Shown one piece after another: positions 9,113 through 17,811 of a DNA stretch of 64,000 bases. Source of the DNA: a candidate division WWE3 bacterium UBA1379 (GTDB lineage: Bacteria; Patescibacteriota; WWE3; UBA101185; UBA10185); the NCBI GenBank assembly GCA_002305475.1, contig DBRB01000003.1, positions 13,360-77,359 of the forward strand, in the 5' to 3' direction. The position numbers were made by a program, and so were the translations under genes. The first letter of the stretch is position 1. Every line of letters begins with the position of its first letter. The notes beneath the pieces were generated by a model. It ran no database searches, had not been told where the DNA came from, and saw only the letters and a program-made list of their open reading frames with translations.

Positions 9113-9865
9113 ATGTCCGAAAATGTTAAAAAACTATACAAAATTTTAGACAACCTTGAGCGTGACGTTCGCTATGCAAAAAAGCTGTTGATAGAGGTGC
9201 AGCAGGAGACAAGGAAAGATTACTCCCAGGTACCCGGTGACGAAGGTGTTTATGACGGATTTCATCTTGTAAAGACAGATGGGACAAAGATTGAAGTTCC
9301 GGCTAACTATGCTGCAAAATCGCGTCTGGTATGGGGTGACACTTTGAAAATGATTGAAGAAGAAGGAAAGAAACTTTTTAAACAGATAGCAAAATCTCCC
9401 AGGAAAAGGGTTGAAGGTGTACTTAATAAAAAAGAAGGCAAGTGGTACGTATTGGCGGAAACAGGATCATACAGGGTCAGTGATGTTGCAGTAGATTTCA
9501 ATAATCTTCAGATAGGGGATAAAGTCACCATATTAATCCCAGAAAACAATTTAAATGCTCCATTTGCCACTCTGGATGTCAAACCGGCAGTCATTAAGAA
9601 AGTGGCACCTGAAATAACTACGGATAGTAAACCAATCGTCAAAAAGGTAGAAGTACCTGTTGGAGCAAAAACACCCGCAAAAGAACCGGTGAAAAAGGTT
9701 GTTCCGGCTAAGAGCCGCAGCACATCGGCTTCAAGCTCAGATAAACCCGTATTAAAAGGTTCAAGAAAGCCGGCAGTTAAAAAAGCTGATACCCAAACTG
9801 AGTCTGCGGAATCCAAGGAATATGTCAATCAGATAGGTGTATTAGGGGATGACGATTTAAGATAA
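9113..9865 (+). CDS. Hypothetical protein with a Lys/Pro/Ala-rich, histone-H1-like low-complexity C-terminal tail.
   Basis: A strong RBS (AAAAAGGAGG) sits upstream. The C-terminal 80 aa are KKV/PAK/KPAVKK repeats. Confidence 0.55.
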   Translation: MSENVKKLYKILDNLERDVRYAKKLLIEVQQETRKDYSQVPGDEGVYDGFHLVKTDGTKIEVPANYAAKSRLVWGDTLKMIEEEGKKLFKQIAKSPRKRVEGVLNKKEGKWYVLAETGSYRVSDVAVDFNNLQIGDKVTILIPENNLNAPFATLDVKPAVIKKVAPEITTDSKPIVKKVEVPVGAKTPAKEPVKKVVPAKSRSTSASSSDKPVLKGSRKPAVKKADTQTESAESKEYVNQIGVLGDDDLR

Positions 9866-9888
9866 GGGTCTTTTTTTGTTTATAATAT

Positions 9889-10569
9889 TTATTCTTCAAA
9901 TTCAGTAGGAATTTCAAGTTCCGGTTCATCAATTGAACCTGGTTTAATGTAAGGTTTAACTTCCTGGCGTTCTCCCTTGAATACAGGAATTGATGATCTG
10001 AGAAGTATATTAATGGATTTATCCTTTCCGTTAACAAAATTAGCTGATAAGGTTCCTTCTTGTTCTTTTACTTTATTCATTTTGTTTACAATATCTCCCT
10101 TTAATGAGGAAACCAAAAGATAATCTCCATGTGAGTCTTTCTTATAAAAGTCGGTTTTATTCTTGTATACTTTTACTTCCAGGGCTTCTGCAGGGGCAAA
10201 GCTATCAGCGGAGATCCTTTTAGCAGTAATTTCCATATTTACACTGGCTGTTGTACCTGGTTCTTTAATCAGGCTTTTTGGATCAACTGCTGTATTACCG
10301 TTTCTGTCATGTCTTTCTTCTTTTGCCAGCTTGAGATTTTTTAAAGCCACCGCATTAATTGGGTCTACTTCCAGGACCTCTTTAAAGATCTTTTTAGCCT
10401 TATTGAACTCTTTGGTCTGAAGATATGCGCGTCCTAAACGATTTTTTGCATCTATGTTATTGGGGAGTTTTTCTAATATTGCAAGATTGAGATGTATAGC
10501 TTCTTTCCAGCATCCTTTTAACGATGCCTCTATTGCCTTTTTGGTGAGGGCAGACGTACTGTCTTGCAT
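9889..10569 (-). CDS. TPR-repeat protein with an N-terminal TPR region and a C-terminal domain of unknown function.
   Basis: TPR-like helices AIHLNLAILEKLPNNIDAKNRLGRAYLQTKEFNKAKKIFKEVLEVDPINAVALKNL. Confidence 0.6.
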   Translation of the reverse strand: MQDSTSALTKKAIEASLKGCWKEAIHLNLAILEKLPNNIDAKNRLGRAYLQTKEFNKAKKIFKEVLEVDPINAVALKNLKLAKEERHDRNGNTAVDPKSLIKEPGTTASVNMEITAKRISADSFAPAEALEVKVYKNKTDFYKKDSHGDYLLVSSLKGDIVNKMNKVKEQEGTLSANFVNGKDKSINILLRSSIPVFKGERQEVKPYIKPGSIDEPELEIPTEFEE

Positions 10570-10955
10570 GAGTAGGAAGATATCAAATTTAATGAGGATG
10601 TCAAGAGTTTATATAATTATGAAATTAAATAGTTTATATGCCCTCAGGAAAAGTCAATTCCGGAGGGCATATATTTTTTGGATTAGGTAGTCCACTAAAC
10701 TCTGATTGTAACTCTATAAACAGTACGACAATGGGTAATAGTCATGGAATCACCGAAAAAGCTAATTTATTCAACCGTTCAAATAACTTATCCTCCCTTG
10801 CATCAGCTGTGATGTTATTATTTGGTGTATAGCCTTGAGTGTTGATTATTTTTAGAACTACTATATAAATTGTTGGATTTTTCAATATACCTATGGCCAT
10901 TACAACAAGAAACGTCAATTGGATTGTTGGAAGTCAAAGTGTTATCATTCAGTCT

Positions 10956-11498
10956 ATGAGTGGACATTCACACTGGGCAACAACAAAACGAGATAAGTTC
11001 GCTGCTGATGCAAAAAGAAGCAAAATATTTTCTTCGGTGAGTAGAAAGATTACTGTGGCTGCAAAAGAGGGTGGGGGAGACCCCTCAGCCAATCCGACTC
11101 TCAGACTAGCTATTGAAAAGGCTAAAGAAGCAAATATGCCTAAGGACAGAATTCAAAGGGCTATTGATAAGGGAACCGGACGAGGATCTTTGGGTCAGAC
11201 GTTTGAAGAAGTAGTATATGAAGGATATGGTCCTATGGGTGCTGCTTTCTATGTAAGAGCTATTACAGATAACAAGAACAGAACCGTAGCAGAGATAAGA
11301 AATATTTTCAGCAGAGCTGGCGGTTCAATGGGTGGTGCTGGAAGCACAGCATATATATTTGGGGATCCGGAAAACCCTTCCTTTTTGGTAGATGTTGAAG
11401 ATAGGAGTATGGCAGAAAAACTGGATGCATTGTATGATGAACTGGATGAACACGATGATATTCAGGCAGTATACTCTAACTACAAAGCTATTTCTTAA
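10956..11498 (+). CDS. yebC: YebC/PmpR-family transcriptional regulator. The likely start is MSGHSHW at 10956; the track ORF begins at 10893.
   Basis: [24 protein letters not shown]...[39 protein letters not shown] is collinear with the YebC N-terminus. Confidence 0.8.
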   Translation: MSGHSHWATTKRDKFAADAKRSKIFSSVSRKITVAAKEGGGDPSANPTLRLAIEKAKEANMPKDRIQRAIDKGTGRGSLGQTFEEVVYEGYGPMGAAFYVRAITDNKNRTVAEIRNIFSRAGGSMGGAGSTAYIFGDPENPSFLVDVEDRSMAEKLDALYDELDEHDDIQAVYSNYKAIS

Positions 11499-11518
11499 TG
11501 ATTCTGCAATAGATTATT

Positions 11519-12001
11519 ATGATTGTTTTAGGCATTGATCCTGGTACCGCACGTACCGGATACGCTATCGTACAACTTAAAAGCAAACCGATATTAATAG
11601 AGTCAGACACCATCATAACTCCTGCAGGGATTGATATGCCAAAGAGGTTGAAAATGCTGTATCGTGAGATGACTGATCTGGTAAAAAAGCACTCTCCGGA
11701 TGTAATGGTAATTGAAAGATTGTTTTTTAATACAAATGCAAAAACAGCTATTGCAGTAGGGCAGTCAAGAGGTGTAACCATGCTTGTTGCAGCAAATAAG
11801 AATTTGATGGTGGCGGAATATACCGCACTGGAAGCAAAGCTGGCATTAACCGGTTACGGACGTTCAGATAAAAAACAAGTGCAGGAAGCCGTAAAAAAGT
11901 ATCTGGGTCTGGATAAAATAGTTAAGTCTGATGATGCCAATGATGCAGTTGCCATAGCTCTGTGTTATCTTAAAAAGGAGTTCGCAGAGATATTTGTATG
12001 A
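11519..12001 (+). CDS. ruvC: Holliday-junction resolvase RuvC.
   Basis: MIVLGIDPGTARTGYAIV at the N-terminus, the conserved catalytic acidic residues, and the DANDAVAIALCY motif at the C-terminus. Confidence 0.9.
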   Translation: MIVLGIDPGTARTGYAIVQLKSKPILIESDTIITPAGIDMPKRLKMLYREMTDLVKKHSPDVMVIERLFFNTNAKTAIAVGQSRGVTMLVAANKNLMVAEYTALEAKLALTGYGRSDKKQVQEAVKKYLGLDKIVKSDDANDAVAIALCYLKKEFAEIFV

Positions 12002-12780
12002 TCTTACTAGATAAGAAATTCAGATATTTTATTCATTCTGTTGTCGTACTGCTATCGATATATCTGTTTTCTAAGGATTATGATTTTAAATATGCAATCC
12101 TAGCGATGGTGATTGCAGTTATGGGTACGGTCTTTGTTCATTATCCTAATGTAAATTGGAAGAATTTTTTTCTGAGTAATATTCTGCCTGCTCATCTGGT
12201 ATCTGGCACACTTCTTTCTCTTTATTATTTTCCAAACTTAGCATTGCCGGTAGAAATATTATTTATGTTATGTGCTGGAGCAGGATTCTATCTAGTATCT
12301 CTGGTTAATAATGTTTTTCTGGTGGTAGAGGATAAAAAAGAAATCATTCCTTTATATAGAGTAGCAGTAACTTGGAGTCAGATAATATTTGTTACGGTAT
12401 CTATTCCATTTTTTGCAGGAGTATTTAAATTACCGACAAATTCAATATTCCAGAATCTGATATCAACATTTTCAGCGATATCTTTCTCAACATATCTTAT
12501 TTGGATTTTGCATTTTGATCCCGATGTTAAGAAGGCTAGGGGATTGGAAATTGTAATATTGAATCTATTGAACGGTTTTTTTGTCTTTACCTCCGGCATA
12601 AGCTCTTCTTTTATCCCTGTTGAATCATTCCTAAGAGCTCTTTTTGTTTCATCAGTACTGATGTTTGGGATTAGCTACATCAGCTCACACTTAAAAAATA
12701 GTGTAACAAAACGCTCTCTTACGGAATCCATTATAATTACATTCGTATTTTTTGCGTTATTGTTGATATTTCAGGTATAA
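11998..12780 (+). CDS. Polytopic integral membrane protein, hypothetical.
   Basis: 260 aa with about 8 hydrophobic segments. Its start overlaps the ruvC stop (ATGA). Confidence 0.5.
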   Translation: MILLDKKFRYFIHSVVVLLSIYLFSKDYDFKYAILAMVIAVMGTVFVHYPNVNWKNFFLSNILPAHLVSGTLLSLYYFPNLALPVEILFMLCAGAGFYLVSLVNNVFLVVEDKKEIIPLYRVAVTWSQIIFVTVSIPFFAGVFKLPTNSIFQNLISTFSAISFSTYLIWILHFDPDVKKARGLEIVILNLLNGFFVFTSGISSSFIPVESFLRALFVSSVLMFGISYISSHLKNSVTKRSLTESIIITFVFFALLLIFQV

Positions 12781-12862
12781 AACGACATCAAATAGGCTAG
12801 GGAAGAGGGGAGTAGGGGCTCCGGACCGTGGGGTTGGGGATAAAACCTTAAATTTATTATCA

Positions 12863-13021
12863 TACTATAGGATAGACTGCTAACCTATAGTATAATTGTC
12901 ATATATTTTTTGTAGGATTGTCATAGTATTTAAATTAATTAATACGATGTCGCTCTAACAATTCTTTAACATTATACCCTGTAGTATTGTCATACTTTTC
13001 TCTGTAGGGTTGTCATACTTT
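12863..13021. repeat. Iteron-like repeat cluster inside an 870-bp AT-rich non-coding island. It holds a 10-bp inverted repeat and three or four direct copies of TGTAG-N3-TTGTCATA.
   Basis: The inverted repeat is ATACTATAGG (12863-12872) / CCTATAGTAT (12884-12893). There is a TTGTCATA core at 12896. Direct repeats TGTAGgATTGTCATAgTAT (12911-12929), TGTAGtATTGTCATAcTTT (12979-12997) and TGTAGgGTTGTCATAcTTT (13003-13021) follow. Confidence 0.6.
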
Positions 13022-13652
13022 CCCGAGATAGAGGAATGTGGATATCTTTTTACGCATCAGAAGCCTTCTACGGTTAAAAACGATACTGTGACAGCCTGAG
13101 AGAATTATTCAATTATAAGAAATATATTCCGCAATAAAATAAAAAATATATAAATAAATAATCTATTAATAGGAAATGATCGTGTAATATTTCTATTTAT
13201 TCTCCCCTCATAAATGATATATCTCTTTTTATATCCGGTAAACATGCCTTTGGCGGTCCTATTAGGATTCCCGGGATACAATGTCGTTAAACCGACATTA
13301 TACGAAGTCTCAGATCTCGGACTGTATCGATCCCCTCCGCTGTTTTGTATTCAAAAAAATAACTACCTATTTAAAAAATAAAATAAGAAAAAAACAATCG
13401 AAAATATTTTATTGATTTTATTTACCTATTATTAATTACCTTTTAATTTTTTATTTACTGAAAAATTATTGCTCATTTCCCTAACAATTTTCCCGCAAAT
13501 ATTTATCCTGCCATTTACACAAACTTCTCTCCCCTACTATTCCTTACTGCTACAAGGATTACCTATTATTACTAATGATTAATTTAATTATTAATTTATA
13601 ATTAAATAGAAACTAGTAGACAGCCATAATATATAAAGAAAAAGGAGAGGTT

Positions 13653-13958
13653 ATGGAAGATGAGATGCTGACTCGGCTGGCTCTAAAGACAGGTCTATGT
13701 GTCAGGATAAGAGGACTGGGCAAGAAAGGCGTTGTAATTCTTCCTGTGGAGCGTGTAGTTATAGAGGAGGGTGTAGATGGAGGTAAAGCTGTATATCTGG
13801 TATTAACACCTCATCTCTTACTGGAAAATCCCGTTATTGTTAATTATAGAGATGTAATTAACTGGGTGAACAAACATTGTGAAGCAAATATGAATTGGGC
13901 GGTTTTAGGTGAAGATGGAAGAGTGCATGTGGATTGTTTTAAAACAATTTCGAAATAA
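13653..13958 (+). CDS. Hypothetical 101-aa protein.
   Basis: An RBS AAAAAGGAGAGG 4 nt upstream of the ATG. No recognisable motif. Confidence 0.5.
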   Translation: MEDEMLTRLALKTGLCVRIRGLGKKGVVILPVERVVIEEGVDGGKAVYLVLTPHLLLENPVIVNYRDVINWVNKHCEANMNWAVLGEDGRVHVDCFKTISK

Positions 13959-14143
13959 AAAATGGCTGAAATATTTTTTTACCAAGCCGGTTAGAACATC
14001 CGATGTTTCTGACCGGCAGTTTTTTTATGGTAATATTAATTTAGTGAGTATTTACTGTAGGTATGAATCGGTTTTTCGGCGTGGTTGAGCCAATATCCCG
14101 AATCAGGCCCCAGAATGCCCCAGAATCAATTTTTATTTTTAAG

Positions 14144-15109
14144 ATGAGTAAAGTATCGTCTAAAACAAGTATAAGTGATCTGATTATCCGTTATCTTGAG
14201 CATTGTGAGGTAGAAAAGAACCTCTCACAGAATACCATCAAGATGTATCATTTTTATCTGAATGATTTTGCCGACTGGAGTTCAAAATTTTTAGACAAGG
14301 AATATATTATTTCATCTGACATTGATAGCGAGTTGATTAAAAAATACCGATTAGATTTAAATCGTAGAATCAGTTCAAAGTCCAATGAGGAGTTTAAACG
14401 TTCAACGCAAAAAACATTTCTGGTGGCCCTCAGAGCCTTTCTGAAGTATCTGATTGTAGAAGAAGGTTTGCAGGTACTACCTCCCGATCAGATTATTCTG
14501 GGAAAGTCTGAGGATAGGATACCTAAGGTATTGGAAGAAGATCAATTAAAGAAGTTGTTGGAAGTACAGGACCTAAATAAAAAATCTGGTCTTAGAGATA
14601 AGGCTATCCTTGTTACCTTATTTAGTACCGGTCTTAGGGTCAGTGAGCTGGTGAAACTGAATATTGAGGATATCAACCTGGAAACCGGAGAATTTCCGGT
14701 GATCGGAAAGGGACGTAAGGTCAGAACCGTCTATTTAAGTCCTGCAGCCATAGATTGTATACGTCGTTATTTAAATACGCGTCACGACCCGTTTAAACCG
14801 CTCTTTCTTAGGTATAGTGGCAAACATATGGCTCCCCAGGACTTTGAAGGAGAGTCATTAAGATTAACAGTTAGAAGTGTACAAAGACTGGTAAAAAAGT
14901 ATGTACTGCGTGCCGGTATAGCTGTTGATGCCACACCACATACTCTCCGACATACATATGCAACAGACCTTTTAAGAAACGGTGCCGATCTCAGATCCGT
15001 TCAGGAGCTTTTGGGTCATTCCAATGTCTCCACTACTCAGATATATACTCATGTTACCAATAAACAGCTCAAAGAAATCCATAAGAAATTCCACAAGGAT
15101 ATTGAATAA
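14144..15109 (+). CDS. XerC/XerD-type tyrosine site-specific recombinase. The track ORF starts at 14063; the start is probably the Met at 14144.
   Basis: A core-binding N-domain, then the catalytic block GLRVSELVKLNIEDIN...HTLRHTYATDLLRNGADLRSVQELLGHSNVSTTQIYTHV. This carries the R..HxxR...Y signature. Confidence 0.85.
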   Translation: MSKVSSKTSISDLIIRYLEHCEVEKNLSQNTIKMYHFYLNDFADWSSKFLDKEYIISSDIDSELIKKYRLDLNRRISSKSNEEFKRSTQKTFLVALRAFLKYLIVEEGLQVLPPDQIILGKSEDRIPKVLEEDQLKKLLEVQDLNKKSGLRDKAILVTLFSTGLRVSELVKLNIEDINLETGEFPVIGKGRKVRTVYLSPAAIDCIRRYLNTRHDPFKPLFLRYSGKHMAPQDFEGESLRLTVRSVQRLVKKYVLRAGIAVDATPHTLRHTYATDLLRNGADLRSVQELLGHSNVSTTQIYTHVTNKQLKEIHKKFHKDIE

Positions 15110-15237
15110 AAAGTTGCATTGACATATTAATAAGTGATAACCTACACAGGGTTTAAATATAAGGCCCGGTAATAGTACTATAGGTTACAGACAGCGTTCT
15201 CTTTTCTACATAACAATATATTGTAAGGAGGTATCCC

Positions 15238-15543
15238 ATGACTTACAGACTTGCTTCAGATAGTAAGCAGTCTCCTGGTAATGGATCGAATGCTTTTCTC
15301 TGTTGGCGTGCCAGAATGTCTATGGAGGAGCTACAAAGGGTTTTGGAGGAGATTGGTATAGATCTCAGTGAAATTTCTTACTTAAAAGAGATAAGAACAG
15401 GAGATTATATTCTGTTTTTCAAAGATTCTGTTGAAGGTTTGAAACTTATTGAATATAACAGAAAAATGGGATCAAAATCATCTTTTATTCCTCTAAGAAG
15501 TAAAAGTGGAATGAAAATGATCAAAGGGACGAATAAAAGATAG
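15238..15543 (+). CDS. Hypothetical 101-aa protein.
   Basis: An RBS TAAGGAGG upstream. No recognisable motif. Confidence 0.45.
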   Translation: MTYRLASDSKQSPGNGSNAFLCWRARMSMEELQRVLEEIGIDLSEISYLKEIRTGDYILFFKDSVEGLKLIEYNRKMGSKSSFIPLRSKSGMKMIKGTNKR

Positions 15544-15614
15544 TTAAGAGAGACCAATAAAAGGGGTTCTTAAGTTGTTATATTACGATTTGAGAACCTT
15601 TAATTATTAATACA

Positions 15615-16694
15615 CTATATATTAAGTACCGCCACTACATCGTGAGCTCCGTTTTCTTTTAGACCTCCCGCTGTAACTCTCACAAATTTTGCTTTAGTCC
15701 ATGCTTCTTCAATAGTTCTTGCCCCGATATAGCTCAAGCCAGATCTGACACCGGCTAGAATCCCCTCCACATAAGGAGCTAAAGGACCTTTGTATTCAAT
15801 TAAAGAACTAATACCTTCAATCTGTATTGTGTAGTTTTTATTCTTATCTGAAGCATCTTTTTCCACATGTATTTTCTTTTCGGTCAAGGATGCTGATCCG
15901 TTATATGTCTTTAAAATCTTTCCGTCTACTTCCACCTTTTTTCCTGGTGCTTCATCTGTTCCGGCGAAAAGAAACCCACAAACGACAGCTGATGCTCCCG
16001 CCGCTAATGCTTTAACTATATCCCCCGATCCTCTAATACCGGCATCCGGCATGAATGTTTTTCCATGTTTTCTTGCTGCTTTTGATACTTCTATTAAAGA
16101 TGCAAATCCCGGTAAACCGCATCCCGTTACCAATCTGGTTGAACAAATCGGGCTGGCACCTATTCCCACCAGTATTGCATCTGCTCCGGCATTATATAAA
16201 TCTACAGCACATTCAGCTGTGGCGGCAATACCGGATAGTATGGTAATGTGATCCCCGAATCGGTTTTTGATTGCTTTGGTAACTTCAATAGTCTTTTTCA
16301 TATGTCCGTGGGCCACATCAATGTCCAGTACAGTAGCTCCGGCATTTACTAATGCTTCCGCTCTTTCCATATATCCTTCTTTAACCCCGATAGCCGCAGC
16401 AGTAATCTGTTCTGCTTTAGCAACCTGATTGGCCTTATCTGCCTGTTTTTCAATGGAGTCAAACCTGGGAAGAATACCCATACCACCCAATTTTCCTAAA
16501 GCTATAGCCATCTCAACACCCGTAACACTGTCCATTTTCGTGCTGATTAAAGGTATTTTTAAAGTTAAGTTAGGAGAGATTTTTGTAGTGAGATTTACCT
16601 CACTTCGGGAGTCAATATCCGAATATTGAGGTACAAGTAACACGTCATCATATGATAATGCCAGGGGGAATTCATTGTCCACGTGAATTATCAT
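15615..16694 (-). CDS. IMP dehydrogenase / GMP reductase family TIM-barrel enzyme. It lacks the CBS domain, so the GuaB versus GuaC assignment is uncertain.
   Basis: YDDVLLVPQYSD at the N-terminus, the catalytic Cys loop GIGASPICSTR, and phosphate-binding GGMGIL and AGIRGSGDIVKALAAGASAV. At 359 aa it is too short for a CBS pair. Confidence 0.8.
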   Translation of the reverse strand: MIIHVDNEFPLALSYDDVLLVPQYSDIDSRSEVNLTTKISPNLTLKIPLISTKMDSVTGVEMAIALGKLGGMGILPRFDSIEKQADKANQVAKAEQITAAAIGVKEGYMERAEALVNAGATVLDIDVAHGHMKKTIEVTKAIKNRFGDHITILSGIAATAECAVDLYNAGADAILVGIGASPICSTRLVTGCGLPGFASLIEVSKAARKHGKTFMPDAGIRGSGDIVKALAAGASAVVCGFLFAGTDEAPGKKVEVDGKILKTYNGSASLTEKKIHVEKDASDKNKNYTIQIEGISSLIEYKGPLAPYVEGILAGVRSGLSYIGARTIEEAWTKAKFVRVTAGGLKENGAHDVVAVLNI

Positions 16695-17482
16695 ATCATA
16701 GATTTGATAGGTTCAAAAGATTTTCTGTGCAGATCGCATATTCCATAATCGTGTATTACTTTCAAGTGGTTTTTTGTGCCGTATCCCTTGTGCTCATCAA
16801 ATCGGTATATACGGTAGATTTCCCGTGTATTATGCAATTCAGTCATCAGCTCATCCCGAAAGACTTTGGCGATGATTGATGCTGCAGCAATTGTAATACT
16901 TTGTGCGTCACCCGAAATAATATTAGTCTGATACACCTCGGGTAAAGCATTAATTTTAAAGGCATCTGTTAATACATGATCAGGTTTTTGTTTTAAGTTT
17001 TTTATTGCATTAAAAAATCCTATCTGAGTACTTTTTGTGATCCCCCATTCATCAAGCTGATGGTTCTGTATGATTTCAAAAGAATAGGATAAGGCATGAA
17101 TTTTAATAAAATCAGAAAGTTCTTTCCGTTTTTTCGCTGTGAGTTTTTTTGAATCTTTGATGTCTGAATAAAGTTTTAATGTTTCTACCAGGTCATTAAC
17201 TGATTCAACGTCGTTATTTATCATCCTTAAGTGTTTGGGGTTTAATATTACGGCTCCGATAACCATCGGCCCTGCCAGGCATCCCCTGCCCACTTCATCC
17301 ACGCCTGCAATTAAGTTCACACCATTATTGAATAGTGATAATTCATGATTAAGCATCATTTGTATTTTAACAGATACCGTGGAAGAAGATTTATACTCCT
17401 TTCCACGGTATAGTCTAGTGTCTGTTACGTTATTAGAGGTGGCAGAAGTTCTGAAGGGTTGCCGTCTTTTGATATCAGCCAT
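16691..17482 (-). CDS. rnhB: Ribonuclease HII with a ~40-aa N-terminal extension (or a later real start).
   Basis: LIAGVDEVGRGCLAGPMVIGAVIL matches the RNase HII DEAGRG catalytic motif. The ORF overlaps the downstream guaB-like start by 4 bp. Confidence 0.85.
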   Translation of the reverse strand: MADIKRRQPFRTSATSNNVTDTRLYRGKEYKSSSTVSVKIQMMLNHELSLFNNGVNLIAGVDEVGRGCLAGPMVIGAVILNPKHLRMINNDVESVNDLVETLKLYSDIKDSKKLTAKKRKELSDFIKIHALSYSFEIIQNHQLDEWGITKSTQIGFFNAIKNLKQKPDHVLTDAFKINALPEVYQTNIISGDAQSITIAAASIIAKVFRDELMTELHNTREIYRIYRFDEHKGYGTKNHLKVIHDYGICDLHRKSFEPIKSMI

Positions 17483-17811
17483 GCCCTTTTTGCAAGAGAA
17501 ATTGCACTATCTTTTGAGCTTTCTACTAGATACAGATACGGCGGTTTACCTTCCAGTTGTACTTTTTCCACATCATTAGGGATGACGAAAGACACATTGC
17601 TGACAATTCTTTTGTTGTCTGACTGTACTATATATCCCTGAATATATATACTCTCCTGATGTTTTTACTGTCGGATTAAATTCATATCCCGGTACCGAAC
17701 ATGTAATTGTGACCATAATCACTCTCCCAGATTAGATTTACGATTTATGATGGGATAACAATATCTTATAAATGAAAGTATTTATTAAAGTTTGAGTTAA
17801 GGAATAGAGGT

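Noticed and set aside
1247-13021. The TTGTCATA octamer also occurs near tRNA-Leu (about 1247), which could link the tRNA to the repeat island as att sites.
   Set aside because: An AT-rich 8-mer is expected about two to four times by chance in 64 kb on both strands. The interval contains essential genes (efp, ruvC, yebC) and does not look like an island.
12781-13652. The AT-rich island as a classical oriC with DnaA boxes.
   Set aside because: Only one near-match to TTATCCACA (TGTGGATAT near 13036) is visible, and dnaA is not in the window. The evidence is insufficient, so origin-like function is kept only as an alternative hypothesis.
17483-17811. Calling an intact rplS (L19) or rimM gene in the rnhB-gyrA spacer.
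   Set aside because: Only fragmentary, frame-broken resemblance is seen. I cannot support a gene call, so it is reported only as a low-interest finding.
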